Below are positions 30,601 through 38,392 of a stretch of 62,599 nt of DNA, piece by piece (the first letter of the stretch is position 1; each line of letters begins with the position of its first letter). The DNA is from an uncultured virus (IMG/VR IMGVR_UViG_3300003937_000141) (taxonomy: Duplodnaviria; Heunggongvirae; Uroviricota; Caudoviricetes): IMG/VR virus record IMGVR_UViG_3300003937_000141; one strand, given 5' to 3'. The notes under the pieces are model-generated. The model searched no databases and was not told the origin of the DNA. It was given only the letters and a program-made list of their open reading frames with translations. Made by a program: the position numbers and the translations under genes.

Positions 30601-31973
30601 GGTATGTTTATCTTAAAGACGCAGCTACAGCTGTTGGACTTTTTAAGTTAACTGGATCAGATTTCTATGCCAAATCTGTTGTACAAGATAAAGATATAAT
30701 ATTCCAAGGAAATGATGGTGGTTCAACTATCACAGCATTAACTTTAGATATGTCAGACGCTGGTTCTGCTATATTTAATCACAATGCAACTATAGGAAAT
30801 AATTTAGTAGTTACAGGTGACTTAACAGTAAATGGTACAACTACAACTGTTGCAACTACAAATACAACTGTAGCAGACTCACTATTAGAATTAGGAAATG
30901 GTACTTCAGGTACTCCTTCCAATGACGCTGGTTTAGTAATAGAAAGAGGCGATTCAAATAACGCATTTATAGGATTTGACGAGTCGGCAGATAAGTTCAT
31001 TGTTGGTACAGGAACATTTACTGGTGCTTCAACAGGCAATCTAACAATTACAACTGGAACATTAGTTGCTAATTTAGAAGGAAATGTAACTGGTAACGTA
31101 ACAGGTAATACATCTGGTACTGCTGCTACAGTTACAACTGCAGCTCAACCTGCAATTACTTCAGTAGGAACTTTAACAGCTCTTTCAGTTGACAATATAA
31201 CTATAAACGGCAATGATATTTCCTCTACAGCAGGAACAGATTTAACAATAACTCCATTAACAGGACAACAAATTGTACTTGATGGTACAATCGTAATTGA
31301 CGCAGGTGTAGTTACAGGTGCAACAAGTATTACAAGTACTGCATTTGTTGGCGCCTTAACAGGAAATGCTAGTACAGCAACATTAGCTTCTTCAGCAACT
31401 GCATTAGCAAATGCTAGAACAATCGCTGGTCAAAGTTTTGATGGTACTGGTAACATAACAATTGCTTCAACAGATTTATCTGATACTTCTGCTGTTTCAT
31501 TATTGACTGCAAGTCAAACATTAACAAATAAAACATTAACAAGTCCTGTAATCAACACAGGTGTTTCTGGTTCTGCTATTGCTGATGAAGACAATATGTC
31601 TTCTGATTCGGCAACGAAATTAGCAACACAACAAAGTATTAAAGCATATGTAGATGGACTAGCTTTATCATTAATTGATGAAGACAATATGTCAAGTGAT
31701 AGTGCTACACGTCCACCTTCTCAACAATCAGTTAAGGCTTATGTGGATGATAATGTTTCAAGTGTTTCAGCTTCAAGTACAACTACATTTACTAATAAAA
31801 CAATATCAGGTTCATCAAACACAATCACAGGATTAAACGCTGCCAGTATGGGTGGCGGAAGTGTTTCAAACACAGAATTTGACTTTTTAAATGGGGTCAC
31901 AAGTGCAATTCAAACACAATTAGATAATAAATCAACGAAAGGTTTTGCTATTGCGATGGCAATTGCATTATAA
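24624..31973 (+). CDS. large modular tail fibre-like protein (2449 aa)
   Basis: T/S/G/A-rich; repeated TLTNKTLT, ATQQSIKAYVD and ARTI.G.SFDG.A modules; terminal FAIAMAIAL. Confidence 0.8.
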   Translation: MASKTPIRATLSGSTVTGLAEFQSGDFIPLSAGGIGASLSIGSAGQVLKVNTGASALEFGSVEAIVNIDGATDLESATLAVGDKILLSDGGTEGRVLLSQLDTLFSGTSKTLTNKTINSNANTLHIDLDDLGTFTGTLAEFNAGLQGDSFVSLTGSETLTNKTLTTPTLTSPVLNTGVSGSAVKDEDNMASDSATHLATQQSIKKYVDDSILTKDNTDEITEGSTNLYYTNARADARITNALKDEDNMASDSATHVPSQQSVKAYVDATVTAEDLDITTDSGTIAIDLDSETLTVTGGTGLDSSATGNAVTLAIDSTVTTLTGSQTLTNKTLTSAVLNTGVSGSAILDEDNMATNSATQLATQQSIKAYVDALSQAFTIAADSGSNDTVTVGTDTLTFAGGTGIDTTVSNNQISSAIDATVATLAGSQTLTNKTLTTPVIAEIDATGNFDIDAVANVNIDSGSNIISFSTGGTGFLQLQNDSGNTWIRNTGQDNDIKFVGNDGGGTITALTIDMSDGGHAIFNNDITVPLNIYTDGNLNVRVDNKKIRIGAGEDLQLYHDGTNSYITNDQGALKIATETSGIAITLGHGTSEVTVADNLTVGGNTTITGNLNVNGTTTTLATTNSIIADTLIELGNGVSGTPGNDSGIVIERGDLNNAFIGFDESADKFIVGTGTFTGASTGNLTITTGTLVANVEGNVTGNVTGNADTATALANARTIGGVSFDGSANISLPGVNSAGNQNTTGSAATLTTARTIGGVSFDGSAAINLPGVNASGSQDTSGNAATATKLATARAIAGQNFDGTAAITIASTDLSNTAAITLLTASQTLTNKTLTSPVLNTGVSGSAILDEDAMGSNSATQLATQQSIKAYVDAKVTAEDLDITTDSGTIAIDLDSETLTVTGGTGLDSSATGNAVTLAIDSTVATLTGSQTLTNKTLTAPVIATISNTGTLTLPTSTDTLVGRATTDTLTNKTLTAPNLSGVQITDGSLVFEGATDDAYETTFAITDPTADRTITFQNGTGTVAFLTDVTGGSTPGAFTTITLNNNITFEGDTANDFETTLAVVDPTADRTVSIPDATGTVSLIAHTETLTNKTIDLGNNTLTGSLAEFNTALQGDSFVSLTGSETLTNKTITSATLTNPTIAQILATTFTLNASADITLDAGGQDIILSDDDTIVGTISMGNSDLAIRSRVSDKDLIFKGSDGGSEITALTLDMSDAGAAIFNHNVTVGNNLVVSGNLTVSGDTTTVNTSTLSVEDPLIIMASGNNAADAVDIGLYGLYDTSGSQDLYSGLFRDASDTKWKLFKDLQAAPTTTVNTSGTGYATGTLVANLEGNVTGNVTGNTSGTAATVTTAAQPAITSVGTLTTLQVDNLNINGNTISSTAGTDLNITPLTGQQIVLDGTIIVDAGVVTGATSITSTALVGALTGNASTATALETARTIAGVSFDGTANIAIASTNLSDTASIALLTASQTLTNKTLTAPTINAATVTGAVTFAGDVNFDSGTLFVDESADKVGIGTTTPARSLEISQSIPVIRITDTDAAAGYMEMAGAGAEFKFDLDKDNALDNSILTFRVDGNYVMKFRDGASEFADGSAAFPSITNIGDVNTGLYFSAADTMAFSAGGTSQFTMADGVIAPVTDSDVDLGTNSLRFKNAYIDSITGALTGNASTATTLATARTIAGQSFDGSANITIASTDLSDTASIALLTSTQTLTNKTLTTPTIAQINATNFLLDASNNIDIDAGGGDVTFKKGGTAWGLFKESSGDAVFEVKTNNKDMVFKGEDDGSSITMLTLDGSDGGTAIFNKDIKLGDSKNIEFGASGDLRLYHDGSNSYIDDVGTGAIVVRGSAINIQSDSLNLKNYAGDESYLVGTADGAVEIRYDNSKKFETTSSGVTITGAAVATGFTGALTGNASTATALETARTIAGVSFDGSANIAIASTDLSNTSNITLNDASQTLTNKTLTTPTITEIDSGSTITLDATTDINLDADSGYVYLKDAATAVGLFKLTGSDFYAKSVVQDKDIIFQGNDGGSTITALTLDMSDAGSAIFNHNATIGNNLVVTGDLTVNGTTTTVATTNTTVADSLLELGNGTSGTPSNDAGLVIERGDSNNAFIGFDESADKFIVGTGTFTGASTGNLTITTGTLVANLEGNVTGNVTGNTSGTAATVTTAAQPAITSVGTLTALSVDNITINGNDISSTAGTDLTITPLTGQQIVLDGTIVIDAGVVTGATSITSTAFVGALTGNASTATLASSATALANARTIAGQSFDGTGNITIASTDLSDTSAVSLLTASQTLTNKTLTSPVINTGVSGSAIADEDNMSSDSATKLATQQSIKAYVDGLALSLIDEDNMSSDSATRPPSQQSVKAYVDDNVSSVSASSTTTFTNKTISGSSNTITGLNAASMGGGSVSNTEFDFLNGVTSAIQTQLDNKSTKGFAIAMAIAL
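26768..26917 (+). repeat. 39-bp exact direct repeat, 111-bp period (ARTIGGVSFDGSA module)
   Basis: TGCTAGAACAATTGGTGGAGTATCATTTGATGGTAGTGC at 26768 and 26879. Confidence 0.85.
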
Positions 31974-31984
31974 ATATATAAATA
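31969..31984 (+). promoter_or_regulatory. tandem late promoter boxes
   Basis: TATAAATATATAAATA. Confidence 0.75.
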
Positions 31985-31997
31985 AGAGAGATATAAT

Positions 31998-32324
31998 ATG
32001 GCACAAAATTTTAGAAGATATATAGCAAGAAACGTTGGGACGTCTGCTTCAACACTTTTTACTGCTAACAGTTACGATACTGTTATAGGTATCGCTTTGG
32101 CGAATACAACGTCAAGTGAAATTAAAGTAGATGTTTATATTAATGATGGATCAAATGACTATTATCTTATAAAAAATGCACCTATTCAAACTGGTGGGGC
32201 TTTACAAATTATAGACGGAGGAGCAAAATACGTAGTACATTCTGCTGACGTATTAAAAGTAGTATCTGATACTGCTAGTTCTTGTGATGTAGTTGTAAGT
32301 ACAGTAGATGATATATCAAGTTAG
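31998..32324 (+). CDS. small virion structural protein
   Basis: beta-rich; IALANTT...YLIKNAPI..GG.L pattern typical of marine T4-like fibre regions. Confidence 0.65.
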   Translation: MAQNFRRYIARNVGTSASTLFTANSYDTVIGIALANTTSSEIKVDVYINDGSNDYYLIKNAPIQTGGALQIIDGGAKYVVHSADVLKVVSDTASSCDVVVSTVDDISS

Positions 32325-32331
32325 GAAATAA

Positions 32332-32610
32332 ATGGCTTACATAGGAAATAACGTTACACAAACTGCTGTTGATACAACAGATCAAAGATTTGACGAATTT
32401 AAGGCAACATCAATTGACGCTTCTGCTGTACAGACGATATTTTTAGGCGGAGATGAAACGGCAGTAAGTGGTTCTCCAGAAGACGCTTTCGGCGTTTCTT
32501 TGAATAATGTAAGTGCTGATTGTAATCACAAAACATATAGAAGAATTGATATGGGTAATGTAGTTGCCGTAGTAGGCGTAGTTGACTTTGGTTATGTAGC
32601 AAGTTCATAA
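32332..32610 (+). CDS. small structural protein
   Basis: MAYIGN N-terminus common to fibre-region proteins. Confidence 0.6.
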   Translation: MAYIGNNVTQTAVDTTDQRFDEFKATSIDASAVQTIFLGGDETAVSGSPEDAFGVSLNNVSADCNHKTYRRIDMGNVVAVVGVVDFGYVASS

Positions 32611-32672
32611 TATTATGAATTTTAGGAAAATAAAGTAACGTAAAAAAAAAGGGAGTTCAAATAACTAAATAT

Positions 32673-32680
32673 TATAAATA
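32673..32680 (+). promoter_or_regulatory. T4-type late promoter
   Basis: TATAAATA upstream of 32718. Confidence 0.75.
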
Positions 32681-32717
32681 ATAGAAGTTAGTTTGTTACA
32701 AAAGGGAGAGAACAACA

Positions 32718-35369
32718 ATGCCAACAATTTTACAATTAAGAAGAGGTACTACTGCTGAAAACGCTGCCTATACAGGCTCAGTTGGTGAAATAACGGTAGA
32801 TACTACATTAGATAAAGTTATCTTACACGATGGTTCTACTGCAGGTGGTACAACGGTTGGTAACTTACAAGGAGTAATTCAATTAGGTAAGACAGCAACA
32901 GGAGAAATAGACACTTCTTCTGGAAATCTTACAATAGATTCAGCAGGCGGCACAGTCGCCATTGACGATAACGCAACAGTTTCAGGAACATTAGGTGTTA
33001 CAGGAGTAGCAACATTTTCTACTCACGTTGCAATGGGCGATAGTGATATTTTAAAAATAGGTGCTGGACCAGATTTAACATTATACCACGACGGAACAAA
33101 CTCATACATTACAAATTCAACAGGTGCTTTAAAAGTTGCAACAGAAACTTCTGGTGTAGCGATTACATTAGGGCACTCAACTTCGGAAGTTACAGTTGCA
33201 GATAACCTTACGGTTACTGGAAACCTTACAGTTTCTGGAACAACAACAACTGTAGATTCTACAACAGTTAATATACAAAATGCTTTTGTTTTTGAAGGTG
33301 CAACAGATGACGCTTACGAAACAACTTTAACAACAGTTGACCCAACAGCAGATAGATCAGTAAGTTTACCAAATGCTACTGATACACTAGTTGGTAAAGC
33401 AACAACAGATACACTTACAAATAAATCAATTGATTTAGCAGATAATACACTTACAGGTTCTTTAGCAGAATGGAATAGTGCATTACAAAGTGAAAGTTTT
33501 GTTTCATTAACAGGTTCAGAAACATTAACAAATAAAACTTTAACAACACCAACATTAACTACACCTGTTATTAATACAGGTGCAAGTTTAAAAAATGGTT
33601 CATCTAGTGCTGGTTACGCTGATTTTTATGAAGATAGTGATAACGGTACAAATAGAGTTAGATTAATTGGACCTGCTTCTACAGCAGATGTCACTTTAAC
33701 TTTACCTGCTTCTACTGATACATTAGTTGGTAAAGCAACAACAGACACATTTACAAATAAAACATTAACAAGTCCTGTTATTAATACAGCAGTTTCAGGA
33801 AGTGCTATACTTGATGAAGACGCAATGGGATCAAATAGTGCAACTCAACTTGCTACTCAACAATCAATCAAAGCTTATGTTGACGCAAAAGCGACAGCAG
33901 CAGATTTAGATTTAACTTCAGACTCTGGAACAATTGATATTGATTTAGATTCTGAAACATTAACAGTTGCTGGTGGTACTGGAATTGATTCAAGTGCTAC
34001 AGGTACTACAGTTACAGTTGCTGTTGACTCAAATGTTGTTCTTTTAACAGATAGTCAAACTTTAACAAACAAAACTTTAACAGCACCAACAATTACAAGT
34101 CCTGCAATAAATACAGGAGTTTCAGGTTCTGCCATAAAAGACGAAGACAATATGGCGTCAGATTCTGCTACTCACTTATCAACTCAACAATCAATTAAAG
34201 CATACGTTGACTCAAAAGTAACAGCAGAAGATTTAGATTTAACTACAGACTCTGGAACAATTGATATTGATTTAGACTCTGAAACGTTAACAATCGCTGG
34301 TGGTACTGGATTAACTTCAAGTGCGACAGGAACTACAGCAACACTTGCTATTGACAGTACAGTAACAACATTAACAGGAACACAAACATTAACTAATAAA
34401 ACATTAACAAGTGCTGTGTTAACAACACCACAGATTAATGATACTTCAGCGAATCATCAATATGTATTTGCTGTAAGTGAATTAGCAGCAGATAGAACAG
34501 TAACTTTACCTTTACTAACTGGTAATGACCAAGTTACTATGGATGCTCACGCAACTACATTAACTAACAAAACAATTGATTTAGCAGATAATACTGTAAC
34601 AGGTTCACTTGCTGAGTTTAATACTGCATTACAAAGTGAAAGTTTTGCTGGTCTTGCGGCTGCACAAACATTAACGAACAAAACTATATCAGGTTCTTCA
34701 AACACATTATCTAATATTGCTAATGGTTCATTAACCAATTCTGCAATAACAGTTTCAGATGGTTCCAATACTACAGCAGTTGCTCTAGGCGGAACAATGA
34801 CATTTGCTGGAACTAATAATGAAGTAGAAGTTGCTGAAAGTTCAGGAACAGTAACTATCGGATTACCTGCTAACGTAACAATCTCTGGAAACTTAACTGT
34901 TTCTGGCGATACTACTACAGTTAATACTGCAACATTGGCAGTAGAAGACCCATTAATTTCTCTGGCAACAGGAAACAATGCGGCTGACGCTGTTGATATC
35001 GGGTTATATGGATTGTATGATACATCTGGTTCACAAGACCTTTACGGTGGTATCTTTAGGGATGCTGGCGATGGTAAGTGGAAAGTATTTAAAGACAATC
35101 AAGCAGCTCCAACAACAACTGTAAACACAAGTGGTACAGGATATGCTGTTGGAACAATTGTTGCAAACCTAGAAGCAACAACTGCTACATTGGGTGGCGT
35201 AGATATTTTATCTACAACTAATAGTAAAACAGTTACGAACAAAACTATTAACTGTTCTAATAATACAATTTCTAATATTGTTTCATCTATGTTTGCTAGT
35301 GCTGTAACATTACAGATACTAGATTCTGGTGGTTCAACTGTTAAGACAATTGTTGGTTCTGCTACGTAA
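32718..35369 (+). CDS. fibre/whisker-like structural protein (883 aa) with Mtd-like N-terminal domain
   Basis: LQLRRGTTAE...GEITVDT...HDGSTAGG N-terminus; shares modules with the 2449-aa protein; sits immediately before gp13. Confidence 0.75.
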   Translation: MPTILQLRRGTTAENAAYTGSVGEITVDTTLDKVILHDGSTAGGTTVGNLQGVIQLGKTATGEIDTSSGNLTIDSAGGTVAIDDNATVSGTLGVTGVATFSTHVAMGDSDILKIGAGPDLTLYHDGTNSYITNSTGALKVATETSGVAITLGHSTSEVTVADNLTVTGNLTVSGTTTTVDSTTVNIQNAFVFEGATDDAYETTLTTVDPTADRSVSLPNATDTLVGKATTDTLTNKSIDLADNTLTGSLAEWNSALQSESFVSLTGSETLTNKTLTTPTLTTPVINTGASLKNGSSSAGYADFYEDSDNGTNRVRLIGPASTADVTLTLPASTDTLVGKATTDTFTNKTLTSPVINTAVSGSAILDEDAMGSNSATQLATQQSIKAYVDAKATAADLDLTSDSGTIDIDLDSETLTVAGGTGIDSSATGTTVTVAVDSNVVLLTDSQTLTNKTLTAPTITSPAINTGVSGSAIKDEDNMASDSATHLSTQQSIKAYVDSKVTAEDLDLTTDSGTIDIDLDSETLTIAGGTGLTSSATGTTATLAIDSTVTTLTGTQTLTNKTLTSAVLTTPQINDTSANHQYVFAVSELAADRTVTLPLLTGNDQVTMDAHATTLTNKTIDLADNTVTGSLAEFNTALQSESFAGLAAAQTLTNKTISGSSNTLSNIANGSLTNSAITVSDGSNTTAVALGGTMTFAGTNNEVEVAESSGTVTIGLPANVTISGNLTVSGDTTTVNTATLAVEDPLISLATGNNAADAVDIGLYGLYDTSGSQDLYGGIFRDAGDGKWKVFKDNQAAPTTTVNTSGTGYAVGTIVANLEATTATLGGVDILSTTNSKTVTNKTINCSNNTISNIVSSMFASAVTLQILDSGGSTVKTIVGSAT

Positions 35370-35456
35370 TATTTAATTAATCCCTTAATTATCTATTTTT
35401 ACCTAACGCATTTATGCGTAAACTAGGATTGAGCCTTATTAACAGTTAAAAAATCT

Positions 35457-35464
35457 TATAAATA
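35457..35464 (+). promoter_or_regulatory. T4-type late promoter
   Basis: TATAAATA upstream of gp13. Confidence 0.8.
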
Positions 35465-35483
35465 GTAATAAAGGAACTATTAA

Positions 35484-36299
35484 ATGGCTAATCCAAATAC
35501 CAGAGAAACATTAAAACAGTATGCTTTAAGAACATTAGGCAAGCCTGTTATTGAGATTAACGTTGATGACGATCAATTAGAAGATAGATTAGATGAAGCG
35601 TTACAATATTTTTCACAATATCATTATGATGGTGTTGAGAGAACATACCTTAAATATAAAGTTACACAAGCAGACGTAGATAGAATAATATCTCCTGATG
35701 GAGATACTGCTTCATCAATCACTAAAAATTCAGTTACTACTGCATGGACTGAACAGAATAATTTTATATTAGTTCCAGAAGCCGTATTAGCAGTAACTAG
35801 AATATTCCCATTATCAAATAGAGGCAATCAAAATATGTTTGATATGAGATATCAATTAAGATTAAACGACCTTTACGATTTTTCATCAACATCAATTATA
35901 CATTATGATATGGTGTTAAGACATTTAGATTTTTTAGATCATTTATTAGTAGGTGAAAAACCAGTAAGATTTAATCAATATAATAATAAACTGTTTGTAG
36001 ATATGGATTGGAAAACAGACATATCTGTAGGTGAGTTTCTTGTTATTGAATGTTTTAGAAAATTAGATCCAACAGTTATGACAGATGTTTATAATGACAT
36101 TTATTTAAAACGATATGTTACAGCATTAATCAAAAGACAATGGGGTGCTAACTTATCAAAATTCAATGGCGTTGCTATGTTAGGTGGTGTTACTCTTAAT
36201 GGTCAACAAATATTCCAAGAGTCACAAGACGACATAAAAAGATTAGAAGAAGAAATAAGAGGCACATACGAAACGCCTGTAACGTATATGATAGGATAA
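35484..36299 (+). CDS. gp13: neck protein gp13
   Basis: LRTLGKPVIEINV, KRQWGANLSKF.G...GGVTLNG; T4 gene order. Confidence 0.92.
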   Translation: MANPNTRETLKQYALRTLGKPVIEINVDDDQLEDRLDEALQYFSQYHYDGVERTYLKYKVTQADVDRIISPDGDTASSITKNSVTTAWTEQNNFILVPEAVLAVTRIFPLSNRGNQNMFDMRYQLRLNDLYDFSSTSIIHYDMVLRHLDFLDHLLVGEKPVRFNQYNNKLFVDMDWKTDISVGEFLVIECFRKLDPTVMTDVYNDIYLKRYVTALIKRQWGANLSKFNGVAMLGGVTLNGQQIFQESQDDIKRLEEEIRGTYETPVTYMIG

Positions 36300-36303
36300 T
36301 GCC

Positions 36304-37098
36304 ATGCCAGTTAATCACTACTTCCAAGGTGGCAACGGAATTGGAAACACAGCAGAAAAAAGATTACACGAAGATTTAATCATAGAAGGTCTAAAGATAT
36401 ACGGCCTTGACTGCTTTTATTTACCAAGAACACTAGTTAATAAAGATTTAATTTTAGGAGAGGATACTCTTTCTAAATTTGACGCTTCATATATGTTAGA
36501 AATGTATGTTGAAACGCAAGAAGGATTTGCTGGTGAACAAGAATTAGTATCTAAATTTGGTTTAGAAATTAGAGAAGATACAACGTTTATGATTTCTAAA
36601 AGACGTTGGCAAAATCAAGTTGATAATAAAGCAACTTTAATAATAACAGGTAGACCAAATGAAGGTGATTTAGTTTATGTACCTTTGATGAATAGTTTTT
36701 TTGAGATACAGTTTGTTGAAGACCAAGAGCCATTCTTCCAATTAGGAAACCTCCCAGTTTATAAATTAAGAACAACTAGATTCGAATACAGTTCAGAAAA
36801 ATTTGATGTTGGTAGACAAGAAATTGACCAACTTGAAGATAGATTATCAACAGATATATTAAAAGAACAATTAGTATTAGAAGATGGTGGTGGTATGTTA
36901 TTAGAAAATTCTGATACAGTAACAGGTGTATATGAATATGTAATATTAGAATCAGATGATTACAATTTAGCAACACAAACTAGAGATTATGCTGATAACA
37001 CTACATACGAATCAGACGCTGGTTTTGGTACTGAAAGTACAGCAGATGATATACTAGACTTTACTGAAAGAAATCCATTTGGAGAGGTTGACGAGTAA
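36304..37098 (+). CDS. gp14: neck protein gp14
   Basis: YLPR, SKFGLE, RPNEGDL, PFFQLG, NPFGE. Confidence 0.92.
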   Translation: MPVNHYFQGGNGIGNTAEKRLHEDLIIEGLKIYGLDCFYLPRTLVNKDLILGEDTLSKFDASYMLEMYVETQEGFAGEQELVSKFGLEIREDTTFMISKRRWQNQVDNKATLIITGRPNEGDLVYVPLMNSFFEIQFVEDQEPFFQLGNLPVYKLRTTRFEYSSEKFDVGRQEIDQLEDRLSTDILKEQLVLEDGGGMLLENSDTVTGVYEYVILESDDYNLATQTRDYADNTTYESDAGFGTESTADDILDFTERNPFGEVDE

Positions 37099-37898
37099 TG
37101 TTTGGACAAAGATTTTACCACGAGTCATTAAGAAAAGTTGTTGTAGCATTTGGTACAATATTTAATAATGTCATTATTCATAGAACAAATAGTGATGGTG
37201 ATGTTGTGCAAAAAATAAAAGTACCTTTAGCATATTCGCCTAAAGAAAAGTTTTTAGTAAGATTAGAACAACAACCTAATTTAGAACAAAGAGAAACTGC
37301 TATATCATTACCTCGTATGGGGTTTGAAATATCAGGTATATCTTATGATTCATCTCGTAAGTTACAAAGAGTAGGTAAGTTTAAAAATGTTAATACTTCA
37401 GACGCAAGTAAACAATACTATCAATATAATCCTGTTCCATATAATATATCTTTTAATTTATATTCGTTTACAGCAACTGCTGAAGATGGATTAATAATTA
37501 TAGAACAAATATTGCCTTATTTTCAACCAGATTATACTGTTACAATAAATGCAATTCCAGATATGGGAATTAAAAGAGATGTACCTATTACTTTAAATTC
37601 TGTAGATTATGCTGACAGTTATGATGGCTCATTTACAACTAGAAGAGCAGTTAATTATAGTTTAAACTTTACTGCTAAAACATATTTGTATGGTCCTATA
37701 TACTCTAAATCTATTATTAAAGAAACAATAACGGATTTATATACAGACACAACTGGAAGTCCTACAAGAGAAGAAAGAATTGTGGTTGTTCCTAATCCGA
37801 CAAGTGCTGACGCTGATGATGATTTCGGATTTACAACAACTATAACTGTTCACAAGGATTCTAAAAATTATAACCCAAGTACTGGAAGTGATGGATAA
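37098..37898 (+). CDS. gp15: tail sheath stabiliser gp15
   Basis: FGTIFN, VPLAYSPKEK, LPRM, EQILPYFQP. Confidence 0.92.
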   Translation: MFGQRFYHESLRKVVVAFGTIFNNVIIHRTNSDGDVVQKIKVPLAYSPKEKFLVRLEQQPNLEQRETAISLPRMGFEISGISYDSSRKLQRVGKFKNVNTSDASKQYYQYNPVPYNISFNLYSFTATAEDGLIIIEQILPYFQPDYTVTINAIPDMGIKRDVPITLNSVDYADSYDGSFTTRRAVNYSLNFTAKTYLYGPIYSKSIIKETITDLYTDTTGSPTREERIVVVPNPTSADADDDFGFTTTITVHKDSKNYNPSTGSDG

Positions 37899-37903
37899 TT
37901 ATT

Positions 37904-38392
37904 ATGACTATAGACGACAAAATAAATGAAGCTCTAGGTATCACACCAGAGAAACCTGCTACAAAAGCAGTAGTTAAAAAAGAATTTACTCCACCTGTTC
38001 CTAGATTAGAAGATAAGGACAAAGAAGATGTGGATAATGATTACAAATACAGCAGAGAAAATTATTATAATCTTATAGAGCGTGGCCAAGACGCAATACA
38101 AGGTATATTAGATATTGCAGGTGAGAGTCAACACCCACGTGCTTATGAAGTTGCAGGTAATCTAATTAAACAAGTTGCTGATACAGTTGATAAATTACAA
38201 GATTTACAAGCTAAACTTAAAACATTAAAAGATGTACCTAACAAAACAACAGCAACTATTAAAAATGCTTTATTTGTAGGTTCTTCAGCAGAGTTACATA
38301 AAATGCTTAAAAACAAAAATAAAAATATAACTCCTGAGGAAGATAAAAACTTTAAAAAAGGTTTTAATCCTGCGGAGCACGTATATGACTGA
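37904..38392 (+). CDS. gp16: terminase small subunit gp16
   Basis: DYKYSR, HPRAYEV, LFVGS. Confidence 0.9.
   Translation: MTIDDKINEALGITPEKPATKAVVKKEFTPPVPRLEDKDKEDVDNDYKYSRENYYNLIERGQDAIQGILDIAGESQHPRAYEVAGNLIKQVADTVDKLQDLQAKLKTLKDVPNKTTATIKNALFVGSSAELHKMLKNKNKNITPEEDKNFKKGFNPAEHVYD

Noticed and set aside
22412..34978. Many minus-strand ORFs of 65-171 aa opposite the fibre genes
   Set aside because: Antisense shadows caused by the codon bias of Thr/Gly/Ala-rich genes; no start signals
21780..35369. Repeats as a CRISPR array or DGR template/variable repeats
   Set aside because: Repeats are in-frame protein modules with mainly synonymous differences. There is no repeat-spacer periodicity, no adenine-specific mismatch pattern was noticed, and no reverse transcriptase is in the window.
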